A DNA stretch of 64,000 nucleotides from Negaprion brevirostris (lineage: Eukaryota): positions 48,843,185-48,907,184 of the forward strand of contig JARDVH010000042.1 in NCBI GenBank assembly GCA_030324005.1. The letters run 5' to 3'. Made by a program: the position numbers and the translations under genes. The notes under the pieces are model-generated. The model was not told the origin of the DNA, did not search any database, and was given only the letters and a program-made list of their open reading frames with translations. Below are positions 61,520 through 64,000 of the stretch, piece by piece. Positions within the stretch are counted from its first letter, which is position 1; each line of letters opens with the position of its first letter.

Positions 61520-62680
61520 TGTATTTATTGAAATTATGAACTTAGCAACTCTCCCAGTTGAGTTGAGCTTTAATGACTTATGTATGCCCAAATTGATTGT
61601 GTTGTGTAGCATCTAGGCCCAGCTTTAACCAACATTTTCATTGGTTTCCACAAAAGATGTATTTTCATGGAATGACCCCGAACCTCTATCCCTCGCGTAT
61701 GTCCAATACGGAGGTGATATGCTTGCTGAATTTGAGTCTGCAGCTGCATGTAAAACATTTCTTACACACTTTAACACACTTTATCCTATGCTCAAATTCA
61801 CCTCTGAAATGGAGCTGTCTAAAGTTCTTTGACATGTGAGTTGAGAAATCTGCTAATGGATTCTCTTATCCTGTCACTACGAGCCTCCCTTCATTGGTCA
61901 ATGTACATGCTGAAATTCCTACAGTTCCACATGCTGGCAGCTGGAACATAGGGCCAAAGCCATTTGTTCACTCTGCAAACCTGATCCAAAACAGGACACA
62001 TCAAAACAATACTGCAGCATAATGGCTACCCGGATCAGACCATTGCTCAGTGTATTGTATGCTATCAGAATGTTGTTGTTAAGCCAACAAAACATTCTAT
62101 CTACTTCATAAATAAGCAATTTGGTTTTTGAATTTCAGTGCCAGTGTGATGTAAAGTACTTGGGCCATATGGCCAACAACTGATGGATTATATTGACTAG
62201 TACACCCCTTATGCTGTTCGCAATAGGTGAAGTACTGATCATACTCAACCAACCTGTGCTTGCAAAACTTAGAATATAATGTCTAATGTTAGATGTGATT
62301 CTACAATTGGACAGCATTTGCTGAATAATCCTAAGTGTGCTAAGAATTTCGCTAACAATCAATTTAAGATTATTAGTCAGGCTCTCAATGTGGCTCACTT
62401 ACGCTTGCAAAGTGCATTCATGTGCAGGGACCTGTCCTCTGCACGTAAAAAGAACATGTGTGGGCATTGTGCCTTGTTTGAATTAAGCAAAAGCCATGGG
62501 GACATTAGTCCTCTGGTGCATTCTNNNNNNNNNNNNNNNNNNNNNNNNNNNNNNNNNNNNNNNNNNNNNNNNNNNNNNNNNNNNNNNNNNNNNNNNNNNN
62601 NNNNNNNNNNNNNNNNNNNNNNNNNNNNNNNNNNNNNNNNNNNNNNNNNNNNNNNNNNCATGTCTCTTTTCCAGCAATAG
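61520..62680 (+). mobile_element. Penelope-like element remnant with RT and GIY-YIG domains (pLTR mostly in an N gap)
   Basis: YAQID....LGPALTNIFIGF, YVQYGGDMLA (decayed YVDD), FNTLYPMLKFTSEME, EFQCQCD..YLG, CDSTIGQHLLNNPKCA...FKIISQA. Confidence 0.85.
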
Positions 62681-62908
62681 TCCAGACATTGTCTGAGTTA
62701 TTAACATCCCTATCTCTCTCATTTACAATACAAAACTTCAATGATTTCAGTCATCTGCCAAACCATAACATTATAAGTCTGATACTATCGCAGAGTTTCC
62801 TTATTTTGAAATACTGCTTTTTATTTTCTCGCAACTTAAATGTGTGAGAAATTTTGTATTCAAATGCTCCCATTCTGCTTCTGTGTTGCAATAGGTCATT
62901 CAATATAT

Positions 62909-63192
62909 GGCAGTACGGAGACACTGTTGCCTCACAGCGTTGGGGACCCAGGTTTGATTCCCAGCTTGGGTCACTGTCTGTGTGGAGTCTGCACATCTCC
63001 CCTTGTCTACATGGGTTTCCTCCGGGTGCTCCGGTTTCCTTCCACATTCTGAATGACGTGCTGGTTAGGTGCATTGGCCATGCTAAATTCTCTGTCAGTG
63101 CATCCGAACAGGCGCCTCAGGGACTTTCACAGTAACCTCACTGAAGTATTAATGAAAGCCTACCTGTGACACTAGTAAAGAAACTTAAACTT
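62909..63192 (+). mobile_element. V-SINE with HE1 head and core but a different (Rex1-like) 3' tail
   Basis: HE1-like to catgctaaatt, then ...tttcacagtaacctcactgaagtattaatgaaagcctacctgtgacactagtaaagaaacttaaactt. Confidence 0.82.
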
Positions 63193-63195
63193 AAT

Positions 63196-63321
63196 AGCTG
63201 GAATTTTACCACCCCGCCCGCCACAGAATCAGAGCGGGCGAGGGGCGGACAATGGAAAGATCCGTTGATTTTGGATGGGATTTTACGGTTTTGGGATGAC
63301 CGAGGCTGTAAAATCCCGCCC
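63196..63321. mobile_element. Short Harbinger-type MITE with 3-bp TSD AAT
   Basis: agctggaattttac ... gtaaaatcccgccc, flanked by aat (63193-63195 and 63322-63324). Confidence 0.8.
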
Positions 63322-64000
63322 AATGCTTCTAAGCAAATGATGTCACAAAATATCTTTTAATTATTTTGATAGCTTTTGATGGATGTCAAAATAACAAAAC
63401 AATAAGAGGATCCCTCATAATTCCAGTCACAGTACAAGAAAATGCCACAAATGTGCAGCAGGCCAATTAGATTGAGAAAATAAGTTAATGTGAGTGGGAT
63501 ACTAGGCGTTCCACCCCAAAGGAAGGGTTCCACCTCAAAGTTATGCTTTTTTAAAATTTCTGCTCTTGACTGGCAGGTTGCGTACTGTCAGCAATGTCTG
63601 CTCTACTTTCAGATTTCCAGCACTTTCTTATTAGGGCAGATACTCAAACCCACCCTACGGGTGTGGAGTTTACTACAGGAAGCGTGGCTCAGAGAATCAG
63701 CCCACAATGTTGTAGTATCATTTCCGACCCATACTTCCTATAGTTGCAGCTTACCTGTGACTGCGTGACTATTGTTAATATTCCACTGGTTTGAAACTGA
63801 ATTGAAAAATGAATTTTAAGGTTTTAACTCAGAAAATGTGCTCAATCTGCATTATAATGTCACTTTGTTACAATGACATTATCACTGGAAATGTAATTTT
63901 TGTTTACACTGACATACCCCACCCGTGTCATAAATGTCAATACAATTTCAAAATGCAATTAGGTTCCATCAAAATGATATGATAACCTCTCGTAAACTTG

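Larger units (their letters stand above)
61037..64000 (-). other. 3' part of the upstream intron of the SLCO3A1-like gene
   Basis: Ends in a pyrimidine tract plus CAG acceptor. No exon-1-like coding sequence seen; region holds Penelope, SINE and MITE copies. Confidence 0.75.

Noticed and set aside
1-64000. Prokaryotic-style systems (CRISPR array, operons, defence islands)
   Set aside because: No regularly spaced repeat-spacer array and no gene-dense ORFs; the sequence is vertebrate intronic DNA.

Overview
This is eukaryotic DNA, not prokaryotic. It is an AT-rich, repeat-dense stretch of a cartilaginous-fish (shark-type) genome, inferred from HE1/V-SINE, DeuSINE, CR1, Penelope and Harbinger-type repeats. 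The draft assembly has many 10-N and 100-N gaps. The only host coding sequence I can support is one 466-nt internal exon on the minus strand (60571-61036) of an OATP3/SLCO3A1-like organic anion transporter, with canonical AG/GT splice sites. I found no downstream SLCO3 exon in 1-60570, so most of the window is probably one very large intron filled with decayed and nested transposons. Points of interest: the exon looks diverged enough to be a second OATP3 paralog; Penelope pseudo-LTRs carry minimal hammerhead ribozyme motifs, one inside an inverted-pLTR element inserted in a DeuSINE; there is a perfect 24-bp hairpin, an internally deleted CR1, a tail-swapped V-SINE and a solo LTR with an ATAT target duplication. 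I see no evidence of a wholly new gene system. Repeat boundaries were read by eye and are approximate, and family names come from recognition rather than database searches.
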